NCBI GenBank assembly: GCA_963798845.1 | Contig: CAWCUS010000006.1 | Location: forward strand, 352,001 to 416,000 | Direction of reading: 5' to 3' | Length of the DNA: 64,000 nt | Origin: an uncultured Gemmatimonadales bacterium | GTDB taxonomy: Bacteria > Gemmatimonadota > Gemmatimonadetes > Longimicrobiales > RSA9 | Shown here: positions 1 through 8,845 of the stretch, one piece after another | Numbering within the stretch: the first letter of the stretch is position 1 | Layout of the letters: each line of letters starts with the position of its first letter | Notes under the pieces: generated by a model | The model's database searches: none | Told to the model about the DNA's origin: nothing | The model's input: only the letters and a program-made list of their open reading frames with translations | Position numbers and translations under genes: made by a program

Positions 1-1080
1 GGACTCATACGTGCCCTCGGCATGGTCGGAGACCGGGACCGACCGCTCGTTGCTCCACGGGATGCCACGGATGAGGAGCTCCTCACGGTGCACGAGCCCG
101 ACTACATCGAGGCGGTCCGGGTGGTCTCGGACGATCCGTGGGCCAGAGTGGACCGCCGTTTCGGGCTCGGGACCCAGGACGTGCCCGTGGTGGCCCGGAT
201 GCACGAGATGTCGCGGGCCGTGGTCGGCGCCACACTGACGGCCGCCGAGCTGGTCGCGCACGGCCGTGCGACGAGGGCGTTCGCGCCTGCGGGCGGCCTC
301 CACCATGCCCACGCCGGCGCGGCGTCCGGGTTCTGCGTGTACAACGACCTGGCGGTGGCGATCCGGTGGCTGGAGCGGGTGCAGGGCATGCGCGTGATGT
401 ACGTGGACTACGACGGCCACCACGGCGATGGCGTGCAGTCGGTGTTCTACGACGACCCTGACGTGCTCACCGTCTCGATCCACGAGAGCGGCCTCTACCT
501 CTTCCCCGCGTCCGGCTTCGTCGACGAGGTGGGCGACGGCGACGGGCACGGGTTCGCTGCCAACATCCCGCTCGAGGCCCAGACGGAGGATGCGTCCTTC
601 ATCGCGGCGTTCGACGCCATCGTACCGGACCTCGCGGCGGCCTTCCGCCCCGACATCATCGTGATGCAGGGAGGGTGCGACGCGCACGCCCTCGATCCGC
701 TGACCCACCTGCGCTGCAGCACGCGCCTGTTCGAGGAGCTGGCGGGGCGAGTGGCGGCGCTGGCCGACCGGTTCTGCGACGGCCGTCTCGTCGCCACCGG
801 CGGAGGCGGGTACGCGATCCACGAGGTGGTGCCGCGCGCCTGGACGCTCACGTGGGGCGCGCTTTGCGGGCATCCGGCTCCCGACGATGCGCCCGCCGAG
901 TGGCTGGCGTCCGTGCGCGCGGAGGCGGCGGGTCCGGTGCCTACGCCGTTGCGCGACCCGCCGGACCTGATCCCGCCGTCACAGCGGCGAGAGGAGGTCG
1001 AACGCACCAACGAGCTCACGGTGCAGGCGCTGCGGCGTCGGATCATGCCGATCCTGACCGGTTGGGGGCTGGCCTTTTGA
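1..1080 (+). CDS. acuC: Histone deacetylase family / acetoin utilization protein AcuC (probably 5'-truncated by the window edge)
   Basis: GGLHHA..SGFCVYND, DYDGHHGDG, SIHE, GCDAHxxDPL and GGGGY Zn-dependent HDAC motifs. The frame is open from base 1, so the true start may lie upstream. Confidence 0.9.
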   Translation, partial: GLIRALGMVGDRDRPLVAPRDATDEELLTVHEPDYIEAVRVVSDDPWARVDRRFGLGTQDVPVVARMHEMSRAVVGATLTAAELVAHGRATRAFAPAGGLHHAHAGAASGFCVYNDLAVAIRWLERVQGMRVMYVDYDGHHGDGVQSVFYDDPDVLTVSIHESGLYLFPASGFVDEVGDGDGHGFAANIPLEAQTEDASFIAAFDAIVPDLAAAFRPDIIVMQGGCDAHALDPLTHLRCSTRLFEELAGRVAALADRFCDGRLVATGGGGYAIHEVVPRAWTLTWGALCGHPAPDDAPAEWLASVRAEAAGPVPTPLRDPPDLIPPSQRREEVERTNELTVQALRRRIMPILTGWGLAF

Positions 1081-1595
1081 GTGATGACGCCGAGCCGCTT
1101 CCGCTGACCTGGAGCCTGCTGGACAAGGCGGGACACCCCTTCACCATCCGCCCCTACGTCGAAGCGGATCGCGCTGCGGTGGATGCCATGTACGCGGACT
1201 TCGAGCCCAAGCGCTGCGCCCAGGGACTTCCAGCGCTGGACCCAGGTCAGAGAGCGCGGTGGCTGGACGAGATCCTGTCCATGGGTATCCATCTGCTCGT
1301 CGAAGTGGGAAGCGTCGTGGCGGGACACGGCATGCTGATCCCACTCGACGAGCACGCTGCCGAGCTTGCCAACTTTCTTCACCAGGCCTCACGTGATCGG
1401 GGCATCGGGACCGCGCTGAACCGGGCGCTGCTGGAGGTCGCCCGGCGCGAGCGGATCCGACGGGTGTGGCTGTCCGTGGAGCACTCCAACCGCCGCGCGA
1501 TCCGATCCTACGAGAAGGTAGGATTCCGCCAGCGCCCGGTGTCGGTGTGGGCGCCCGAGCTGGAAATGGAGATCGCCCTCATCCCGACTGGATGA
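1077..1595 (+). CDS. GNAT family N-acetyltransferase
   Basis: Acetyl-CoA motif A (RDRGIGTAL) and VWLSVEHSNRRAIRSYEKVGF. The TTG start overlaps the acuC stop (TTGA). Confidence 0.85.
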   Translation: MSDDAEPLPLTWSLLDKAGHPFTIRPYVEADRAAVDAMYADFEPKRCAQGLPALDPGQRARWLDEILSMGIHLLVEVGSVVAGHGMLIPLDEHAAELANFLHQASRDRGIGTALNRALLEVARRERIRRVWLSVEHSNRRAIRSYEKVGFRQRPVSVWAPELEMEIALIPTG

Positions 1596-1600
1596 TCTTC

Positions 1601-1630
1601 TTGAATCCTGGCGCGCATAACGACTATCTT
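1601..1630 (+). promoter_or_regulatory. Possible sigma70-type promoter for the histone-like gene
   Basis: TTGAAT (1601-1606), N18, TATCTT (1625-1630), in an AT-richer patch. Confidence 0.3.
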
Positions 1631-1672
1631 CGGACGACCTCGGCAGCACCGCACCTCCGCACGGAGAGAGGC

Positions 1673-2020
1673 ATGGCCACGAAGAAGACCGAGACGACGA
1701 AGTCGAAGTCCACCGCCAAGAAGGCGCCGGCCAAGAAGGCGACCGCCAAGACGGCGACGGCAAAGAAGGCGACAGCGAAGAAGGCCGCGGCTCCGAAGAA
1801 GGCCGCTGTCAAGAAGCCCGCGGCGAAGAAGGCCGCTGCGCCGAAGAAGGCCGCTGCCAAGAAGCCCGCTGCGAAGAAGGCCGCTGCGCCGAAGAAGGCC
1901 GTGGCCAAGAAGCCGGCGGCGAAGAAGGCTGCGCCGAAGAAGGCTGCTTCGAAGACGTCGGCTGCCGGGGCGAAGGCGGGCGTGGGGAAGGGCAAGGCCA
2001 AGATGTCGAAGAACCGCTGA
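1673..2020 (+). CDS. Histone H1-like Lys/Ala/Pro-rich basic DNA-binding protein (115 aa)
   Basis: ATG at 1673 follows a GGAGAGAGG RBS. 39 Lys and one acidic residue, with repeated AKKAAAPKK/KKPAA motifs. Confidence 0.8.
   Translation: MATKKTETTKSKSTAKKAPAKKATAKTATAKKATAKKAAAPKKAAVKKPAAKKAAAPKKAAAKKPAAKKAAAPKKAVAKKPAAKKAAPKKAASKTSAAGAKAGVGKGKAKMSKNR
1778..1921 (+). repeat. 48-bp imperfect coding tandem repeat x3 (KKAAAPKKAxxKKPAA)
   Basis: Units at 1778-1825, 1826-1873 and 1874-1921. Confidence 0.8.
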
Positions 2021-2044
2021 GCGGCTGACGAGCCACATGGCGTG

Positions 2045-2084
2045 GAGAAGAGGGGGCGCCCGCTGGCGGACGCCCCCCTTCTTC
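2045..2084. terminator. Hairpin, probable terminator between convergent genes
   Basis: gagaagagggggcgcccgc-tg-gcggacgccccccttcttc imperfect inverted repeat just after the H1-like stop. Confidence 0.6.
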
Positions 2085-2130
2085 ATCGCCTCCTGCCTCG
2101 GTCTTCCTCCCCGCCACCTCAGCGCCGGAG

Positions 2131-4026
2131 TCAGGCGTCCGGCACCGTTTCCATCCCGCCCTGTACCCGTACGGTTCGGCGCACCAGAGCGCCGAGGGTC
2201 CCCTGCAGCTCGGCGTGGCTGATGCCGGACGGGAAGCAGACGTCGGCGCCAGTCTCGAGCAAGCGGAGCCGGAGCTTCACGGTTTCGGCGTTCACCACCA
2301 CGATCGGGAGGCGCCGGAGAGACGGATCCGCCCGCAGATCCCGGATCAGGGACACAACCCAGTCCACGCCCTCTCCAGCTGACAGGACGAGCGCCCCCAC
2401 GGGTACGCGCAGCAGCCGCTCCCGCGCCCGATCCAGGTCCGCGGCCACTTCCGCCAGGTACCCCGCCGAGCAGAGGCGAACCGCCGTCGCGACGGCTTCG
2501 GCCCGGAACGGGTTGACCAGCAGGATCTGGTGGCGTGCGGGGGATTCCAGACGCGCAGGAGCGCGCCGGGCCACCACTTCGAGCAGCGCGTCCACCACCG
2601 CCGGATCGTAGCGTCGCCCGGCCTCGCCACGCAGCTCTTCGGCCGCTTCCGTCGGCCTGACCGGCAGCCGGTACGGACGCGGCGAGATCATGGCCACGAA
2701 TGAGTCCACCACCGACAGGATCCGCGCGGAAAGGGGGATGTCGAGGCCGGCCAGACCGTTCGGGTAGCCCGCACCGTCCCATCGCTCGTGGTGGTGGCGA
2801 ACGGCCGATCGCACGCCGGCGGGGAGCGGCACGTCGTCGAGGAGGTGGAGGGCCACATTCACGTGGCCTTCGATGCGGCGCCGTTCCTCGGGGGTACGCG
2901 CGCGGCGTGCAGAGGCGATCAGCCGTCCTCCCACGGCCAGGCGCGCGAGGTCCCGCAGCAGCGCCGCGAGAGCGACTGCGTCCCGCTCCTCCCTGCGCAG
3001 CCCCAGCTCTTCGGCGACCCGGCCGGCGAGGAGCCGGACGAGGCTGCTCCCGCCGCGGAAGAACGGGTCGCGGTATTCCAGGAGACCCACCAGCCGATCC
3101 GTGATTTCGAGCAGGGCGGCCGCGTCACCACCCTCGGCTGCAGGGGCGGCGGGCACTGGAGCCACCGCCGACGATCGGTCGGCTGGCGGAGCTGCCGGGG
3201 ACGCGATTTCTGCGGTACCCGCCGACGCGGGTTCTGTCGCGGCTGTGCCTGCGCCATCGGCAGCGGTGGGCGTGGCGGATGCGGTCCCGTCGGCGGCCTC
3301 CGGCCGCCAGCCGAGCATATGGGAAAGCCGCTCGCGGATACCGGGCGCCGTGGCTTCGGATGCACCACGCGCGGGAGCGATGGCTTCGAGCTTGGCCAGG
3401 AGGCGCGGATCACCGGGCGTGCGGTCGAGGAGCGACCGGTACACCGACGCGGCCTCCTCGCGGAGGCCCTGGCGCTCGTACAGCTCGGCCATGGTCTCCG
3501 TCACCACCTCCCGGGGCAGTCCTCCCGCCGGGGGCGGACTCGCTTCCGTGGTGACAGATGGCCGCGCCTCGTCAGGAGCGGGCGCGTCCCCGTCGGCCGT
3601 TCCGAGGGCGGACGCCGCGACCAGACGCTCGAGGTCACGGACTCGCGCTTCCACCTCGGCCGAATCCGTCAGCCGGTCCAGCCGGCGGAAACGCTCCAGC
3701 CCTTCGTCGAGGCGTCCTTGCGCCACCGCCAGCTGGCCCAGGTGCTGGAGCGCCACCTGGTTGTCCGGGTCCAGCTCCAGCACACGCCGGAATGCGCCCT
3801 CCGCCTCTTCTTCCCTGCCCTGGTCCAGATGCAGCCGGCCCAGCACCACGTACGCACTCGAGTAGTCCGAATGGCGGAGCAGCCCTGCACGCAGGAGCGT
3901 TTCCGCCTGCGCGTAGCGGCCCGCGCGGCGGTACGCGTCCGCGAGGTGGGGGAAAACGAGACCGTCTGGGTGAGCGGCGTGAAGCAGCTCGAGGCGGCTG
4001 ATCTCGTCGCGGTTGTTTGACGCCAT
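2131..4026 (-). CDS. TPR + HD-GYP-like + receiver-like signalling protein
   Basis: N-terminal TPR repeats, HHHERWDGAGYP motif and a C-terminal receiver-like fold. Start taken at MASNNRDE. Confidence 0.8.
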   Translation of the reverse strand: MASNNRDEISRLELLHAAHPDGLVFPHLADAYRRAGRYAQAETLLRAGLLRHSDYSSAYVVLGRLHLDQGREEEAEGAFRRVLELDPDNQVALQHLGQLAVAQGRLDEGLERFRRLDRLTDSAEVEARVRDLERLVAASALGTADGDAPAPDEARPSVTTEASPPPAGGLPREVVTETMAELYERQGLREEAASVYRSLLDRTPGDPRLLAKLEAIAPARGASEATAPGIRERLSHMLGWRPEAADGTASATPTAADGAGTAATEPASAGTAEIASPAAPPADRSSAVAPVPAAPAAEGGDAAALLEITDRLVGLLEYRDPFFRGGSSLVRLLAGRVAEELGLRREERDAVALAALLRDLARLAVGGRLIASARRARTPEERRRIEGHVNVALHLLDDVPLPAGVRSAVRHHHERWDGAGYPNGLAGLDIPLSARILSVVDSFVAMISPRPYRLPVRPTEAAEELRGEAGRRYDPAVVDALLEVVARRAPARLESPARHQILLVNPFRAEAVATAVRLCSAGYLAEVAADLDRARERLLRVPVGALVLSAGEGVDWVVSLIRDLRADPSLRRLPIVVVNAETVKLRLRLLETGADVCFPSGISHAELQGTLGALVRRTVRVQGGMETVPDA

Positions 4027-4162
4027 GTACCGGGCCGGTGGACGAACGCAGGTGTCGTTCGCCCGGGAATATGCGCGGGCCCCGAGTCTGTCCACAAGCG
4101 CGGCGGCCCGGATCAGCCGCCGTTCATTCGCGCGGTTCGGCGGAGTGGGGCGGCGGGTTGTG

Positions 4163-4927
4163 TCAGAAGATGTATACGGGCGTCCCGACGCTCACCAGCT
4201 TCGCCAGCTTCAGAACGTCCTCGTTGTTCATCCGTATGCAGCCGTGGCTGGCGGCGTCGCCGATGCTGTCCTGATCGTAATAGTGGGTGCCGTGGATCAT
4301 GTATCCATCGCCGAGGGACAGCTTGACCGGGCCCAGGGCATTAGGGATCACGCGCTGGGGGCTGTCGAGGGGAGGTATGAAGATCTTCCCGTCGAAAACG
4401 ATCTCGCTCCCCGGGGTGAACGGCCACCAGTTGCCCCAACGATTGACGCGTCCTACCCGGTTGTCGCGCACGTCCAGGTAGGTGCCATCGGAGAGCCCCA
4501 CGCGATCCCCGTCGTTCAGGTGCACAGGCTCCAGGCCTCGAGCGGCGGCCTTCTCGAAGTAGTGCCAGTCGGGCGGGACCCAGCTCGGGTCCTCCCTCTT
4601 GTTGAGGATCCGGCGCTCGCCTTTGGGCGTGTCGAACCGGTACGTCCGGTCCGCGAACTTGAAGACCGTCCCCTTCCCCACCGCCACCGGCGCAGAGAAG
4701 ACGGTGTCTCCGTGCACGACCAGCCAGAGACGTCGCTCCTCCAGCGACACGAGGATCTTCCGGCCGGGATCGGCGGCGGCGGCTTTCACCACGGCACTGT
4801 CGACGCCGGAGGGGCTCGGGATCAGGCGCTGGCTCTGTGACGCCCCGGCGGTGAGCACGGTCACCGCCAGACCCAGCGTCGCTGCGGCCGTCGCGGTGGT
4901 CCCGATTCTACGCTGGAGCTTTTGCAT
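4163..4927 (-). CDS. L,D-transpeptidase family protein (exported)
   Basis: YMIHGT...ASHGCIRM YkuD catalytic motif and an N-terminal signal-like stretch. Confidence 0.9.
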   Translation of the reverse strand: MQKLQRRIGTTATAAATLGLAVTVLTAGASQSQRLIPSPSGVDSAVVKAAAADPGRKILVSLEERRLWLVVHGDTVFSAPVAVGKGTVFKFADRTYRFDTPKGERRILNKREDPSWVPPDWHYFEKAAARGLEPVHLNDGDRVGLSDGTYLDVRDNRVGRVNRWGNWWPFTPGSEIVFDGKIFIPPLDSPQRVIPNALGPVKLSLGDGYMIHGTHYYDQDSIGDAASHGCIRMNNEDVLKLAKLVSVGTPVYIF

Positions 4928-5103
4928 CGAACTACCCCTCACACCCGCAGATGCACCCTTCGATTCCCTCGCTCACCGAGTCGCAAACACTGCACAACAC
5001 GGACCAGCCAGCAGCCCCCCTGCTGCCCCCGTATCCTGTTGGGGTGCCGCAGCTTTGCGGCCACCTCATGGCCGACTGTGTCGCGGTTTTCGTAGGCGTG
5101 GCG

Positions 5104-6327
5104 TCATCCCAGCGACGGCACGGGGATCCCGCGCGTGGCCAGGATCCGCTCGAGCGTCTGGCCGATCTTGCTATTGGGCGTGGACGCACCGGCCGTGAAG
5201 CCAATGGTGATCGGGCCGTGCGGCAGCCATTCGGCCGCCTCCACTTCCGCGGCCTCGGGATCCAGCTCCGGCTTGTGCCGAATGCGGCCGGCCACGGGAT
5301 CGATGCAGGTCGCATCACTAATATGGTAGGTGGTCGTGTGCTGTCGACAGAGGTGCGCCAGGTGGTTCGTGTTCGAGGAGTTGTAGCCGCCGATCACGAT
5401 CATGACATCGGGCGGTTCCTGCATCAGCTTTCGGACCGCGTCCTGCCGCTCCTGCGTGGCGGAACAGATGGTGTCGAAGCTGCGGAAATGCCGGTCGAGC
5501 GTCTCCTCGCCGAAGCGGCGGGCGAGGCTCTCTCGCAGCGAGCGGGCAATGGACAGAGATTCGTTGGCCAGCATCGTCGTCTGGTTGGCCGCTCCGACGC
5601 GGACGAGGTCCGTTTCCGGATCGAACTCGGGCGAGGCCTTGCCGCGGAAGTGGCTGATCAGCGCTTCACGGTCGAGCGCAACCCCGTTCCCCTCGATGTA
5701 GTCCGTCAGCAGCTTCGCCTCCTCCATGTGCCGCACGATGACGTACCGTCCTCCGTGGCGGTTCACCTGGGAGGCCGTGGCCCGCGTCTCCTCGTGGCGG
5801 TGCTTGCCGTGGATCACGGCGGTGAACCCGTCGCGGGCGTAGCTGTCCACTCTCTTCCACACGTTCAGGACCGAGCCGCACGTCGTGTCCACCAGGATCG
5901 CTCCGGTGCCCTTCAGCGTCTCGAAGTCGTGCAGCGTGACGCCGAAGGCGGGAAGGATGACGACGTCGTCGGGGGTGAGGTCGGAGAAGTCGAAGCGGCC
6001 GTCGCCGTCCGGATAGAGGAAGCGGATCCCCATGTCCCGCAGGCGCTGGTTCACGTGCGGGTTGTGAATGATCTCACCGACCAGGAACATGCGGCGCTGC
6101 GGGAACTTCAATGCCGTCTGGTACGCGTACTCCACGGCGCGGTCCACACCGTAGCAGAAGCCGAACTCCTCCGCGAGGCGGACCGTGATGTCGCCGTAGA
6201 GCGCGGTGTGACCTTCGGCGGCCTTTATCTGTGCCACCACCGCGCTGTGGTACTCGGCATCGAGAACGGGCTGGACCTCCTGTTTCAGACCCAGGCCGCG
6301 GCGGAAGTAGGTCTCGGATTCGGGCAT
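5104..6327 (-). CDS. ispH: 4-hydroxy-3-methylbut-2-enyl diphosphate reductase (long form)
   Basis: FGFCYGVDRA, EIIHNP, DTTC, HEET, TICSATQERQ, SSNT and TAGASTP motifs. Confidence 0.95.
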   Translation of the reverse strand: MPESETYFRRGLGLKQEVQPVLDAEYHSAVVAQIKAAEGHTALYGDITVRLAEEFGFCYGVDRAVEYAYQTALKFPQRRMFLVGEIIHNPHVNQRLRDMGIRFLYPDGDGRFDFSDLTPDDVVILPAFGVTLHDFETLKGTGAILVDTTCGSVLNVWKRVDSYARDGFTAVIHGKHRHEETRATASQVNRHGGRYVIVRHMEEAKLLTDYIEGNGVALDREALISHFRGKASPEFDPETDLVRVGAANQTTMLANESLSIARSLRESLARRFGEETLDRHFRSFDTICSATQERQDAVRKLMQEPPDVMIVIGGYNSSNTNHLAHLCRQHTTTYHISDATCIDPVAGRIRHKPELDPEAAEVEAAEWLPHGPITIGFTAGASTPNSKIGQTLERILATRGIPVPSLG

Positions 6328-6609
6328 CGGCGCTCTGCGCTCCTGGTGGCATCGTCATCGTCCAGCACGGGTCCCGCAGGGTAGCCGCCACCCGCGCCGT
6401 GATGAAGACCCCGTCGCTGCGGCCGTGTTCCGCCGGGAGCGGCAGGCACGGGCAATGTGGCCGGGGTGCGGAGTTCGGAGCATGGCGTCCCCCACGGACG
6501 AGCCGTTCGTCGCTCCGATGGCTACGGCGGCAGCGCATGGCGGGCGGTCGCGCGGGAGGCGGAAATGCTATACCTTACGCGGCTTTCAGTCCCCTTTGGA
6601 GGTGGAAAT

Positions 6610-7680
6610 TTGGACGTTCGATCGGTGGAGTTCCTGAAGCGGCTTCTCGACGCCGCCGGCCCGAGCGGATTCGAGGCCAGGGCGGCGCGCGTGTGGCGGG
6701 AGGAGGCGGAGACCTTCGCCGACACGGTCACGGCAGACGTGAGCGGCAACTCAATGGCCGCTGTGAACCCGGAGGGTGTGCCGCGGGTGATGCTGGCCGG
6801 TCACATCGACGAGATCGGCCTGATGCTGACACACATCGATGACGACGGCTACCTCTATTTCCAAGGAATCGGTGGCTGGGACCCGCAGGTGCTGGTGGGC
6901 CAGCGTGTCCGGCTTCTGACGCAGAACGGGGACATCTCGGGTGTGGTCGGCAAGAAGCCGATCCACCTGATGAAGGGCGACGAGAAGGACAAGGCGTCGA
7001 AGATCGAGGATCTGTGGATCGATGTCGGCGCCGCGAACAGGGAAGCCGCGAAGCGACTGGGTGTTCGCGTGGGCGATCCGGCCGTGATCGACGCGCCGGT
7101 GGTGGAGCTGAACGAGGAGCGGATCGTCAGCCGCGCCATCGACAACCGGATCGGTGCCTTCGTGGTGCTGGAAGCGCTACGGCTTCTGGCCGCGGAGCGG
7201 CCGCAGGCGTCGGTGACGGCCGTTGCCACGTCCCAGGAGGAGATCGGATACAGTGGCGGCGGCGCGCGCACGAGTGCGTACACGGTGGACCCGGCGGTGG
7301 CACTGGTGGTGGACGTCACCTTCTCGTCCGACGCCCCGGGGCTGGAGAAGAAGGAGCTCGGGGAGCACAAGCTGGGCGGGGGTCCCGTCCTGGCCCGGGG
7401 CTCCGCGGCGCATCCGGTGGTGTTCGACCGCCTGGTCGAGATCGCGGAGCGGGAAGGGATTCCGTACACGATCGCGGCACAGGCTCGCTTCACCGCCACG
7501 GACGCGGACACGATCTATCTGTCCCGGGCGGGCGTGGCCACGGGCCTCATCTCCGTGCCCAACAGATACATGCACTCGCCGAACGAGATGGTGAGCCGCT
7601 CGGACCTGGAGCACGCTTCCAGGCTCATTGCCACCTTCGTGCGCGAGCTGGGTCCGGATACCGATTTCGTGCCGAGGTAG
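6610..7680 (+). CDS. M42 family metallopeptidase/aminopeptidase
   Basis: GPSGFE, AGHIDEIG, AIDNRIG, QEEIG and RYMHSPNE motifs. TTG start follows GGAGG. Confidence 0.9.
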   Translation: MDVRSVEFLKRLLDAAGPSGFEARAARVWREEAETFADTVTADVSGNSMAAVNPEGVPRVMLAGHIDEIGLMLTHIDDDGYLYFQGIGGWDPQVLVGQRVRLLTQNGDISGVVGKKPIHLMKGDEKDKASKIEDLWIDVGAANREAAKRLGVRVGDPAVIDAPVVELNEERIVSRAIDNRIGAFVVLEALRLLAAERPQASVTAVATSQEEIGYSGGGARTSAYTVDPAVALVVDVTFSSDAPGLEKKELGEHKLGGGPVLARGSAAHPVVFDRLVEIAEREGIPYTIAAQARFTATDADTIYLSRAGVATGLISVPNRYMHSPNEMVSRSDLEHASRLIATFVRELGPDTDFVPR

Positions 7681-7688
7681 TGAACGGG

Positions 7689-8321
7689 ATGCGCCTGATC
7701 GACATCTCGCAGCCGCTCGGGCCCGGCACGGCGGCCTGGCCAGGGGACCGGCCCTTCGAGCTCCAGTGGAGCCTGCGCCGGGACCGCGGCGACAGCGTCG
7801 ACGTGGCCAGCATCACGTTGAGCGTCCACACGGGCACTCATGTCGACGGTCCCGGCCACACCGGGGACGGGCCGGGGGCCGGCGCCCTGGACCTGGCGCC
7901 GTTCTTCGGCCCGTGCGTGGTGGTGGACGCTCGCGCTGCAGTGGCGGGAGAGCCTGCGGTGGTGACCGCGGCGGCACTCGAGGGTGTGGACGTCGCGAGG
8001 ACGCCCCGTCTCCTGTTGAGGACGCGAGACTCGGTGGACGCGGCCCGGTTCCCCGAGCGGTTCGCCGCATTTTCGGTCGAGCTCGCGCGCGAGGTGTCGC
8101 GGCGCGGCTTCGTGCTGGTCGGGACCGATGCGCCTTCCGTGGATCCGGTGGACTCAACGACGCTGAACGCGCACCGGTTGCTGGCAGAGGCCGGGATCCC
8201 GAACGTGGAGAACCTGGTCCTGTCCGGGGTAACACCGGGCCTGTACACGTTCATCGGGTTGCCGCTCCGCCTCGTGGAGGCGGACAGCTCGCCGGTCCGC
8301 GCGGCGCTGATCGCGTCGTAG
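7689..8321 (+). CDS. Cyclase family protein / kynurenine formamidase (KynB-like)
   Basis: HTGTHVDGP, GTDAPSVD, ENL and DSSPVRA motifs. Confidence 0.85.
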   Translation: MRLIDISQPLGPGTAAWPGDRPFELQWSLRRDRGDSVDVASITLSVHTGTHVDGPGHTGDGPGAGALDLAPFFGPCVVVDARAAVAGEPAVVTAAALEGVDVARTPRLLLRTRDSVDAARFPERFAAFSVELAREVSRRGFVLVGTDAPSVDPVDSTTLNAHRLLAEAGIPNVENLVLSGVTPGLYTFIGLPLRLVEADSSPVRAALIAS

Positions 8322-8372
8322 GAAGCGAGGTGGATCACCGGGAGCCTGGCCAGCGCCAGGGGAGGCGTACGC

Positions 8373-8840
8373 TTGACAGTACCCATCGTCATCCCGTGGG
8401 ACCTCTACGAGGGCAAGCTGGTGGTCTGGTGCGAGACGGTGGCGGCGGGTGCCCGGCGGGCCGTGCTGCTGCCACGATTGGACACCATCTTCGCCCCGAC
8501 GGAAGAGGATCCGACGCGGGAGAGGGAGTACGCGTCGCTCGACTGGCGGCTGGTGTCCCCTCGGGAAGAGGACTGGGCCCGCTACGCTTCGATCGTGGCG
8601 TCGCACGCGGGACGCTACCGTATACTCCACCGAATGCAGCGGGTGGAGAACATCGCAGAGTGGGTGGCGGGGCGGAAGGTGGTGGTGCCACAGTACCACC
8701 TGTGGCTGTACGGACGGGAAGAGACAGGGGTCGAGATCGACAGACTGTATGCAGAGCCGGACGCCGGCGCGCGGCGGCGGCTCTGGCGTGACCTGCTGGC
8801 GTGGCAGACGTCAGCGCAACTGCGGATGGAGGACGACTGA
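8373..8840 (+). CDS. Hypothetical protein
   Basis: TTG start follows GGAGG. Fills the operon gap and has protein-like composition; no family recognised. Confidence 0.65.
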   Translation: MTVPIVIPWDLYEGKLVVWCETVAAGARRAVLLPRLDTIFAPTEEDPTREREYASLDWRLVSPREEDWARYASIVASHAGRYRILHRMQRVENIAEWVAGRKVVVPQYHLWLYGREETGVEIDRLYAEPDAGARRRLWRDLLAWQTSAQLRMEDD

Positions 8841-8845
8841 GTCGC

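Noticed and set aside
1624..2001. Hydrophobic AAFF-repeat ORF on the minus strand
   Set aside because: It is the reverse complement of the AAG-AAG-GCC lysine repeats; the + strand gene has the RBS and terminator.
5005..5095. Firm c-di-GMP-I riboswitch call
   Set aside because: Only the CGCAAAGC-like segment matches; the GGCAAA and GNRA tetraloop elements are not seen. Kept only as a weak finding.
6328..6609. Small ORF or ncRNA between ispH and the M42 peptidase
   Set aside because: Candidate translations are not protein-like and no recognisable RNA motif is present; best explained as a divergent promoter region.
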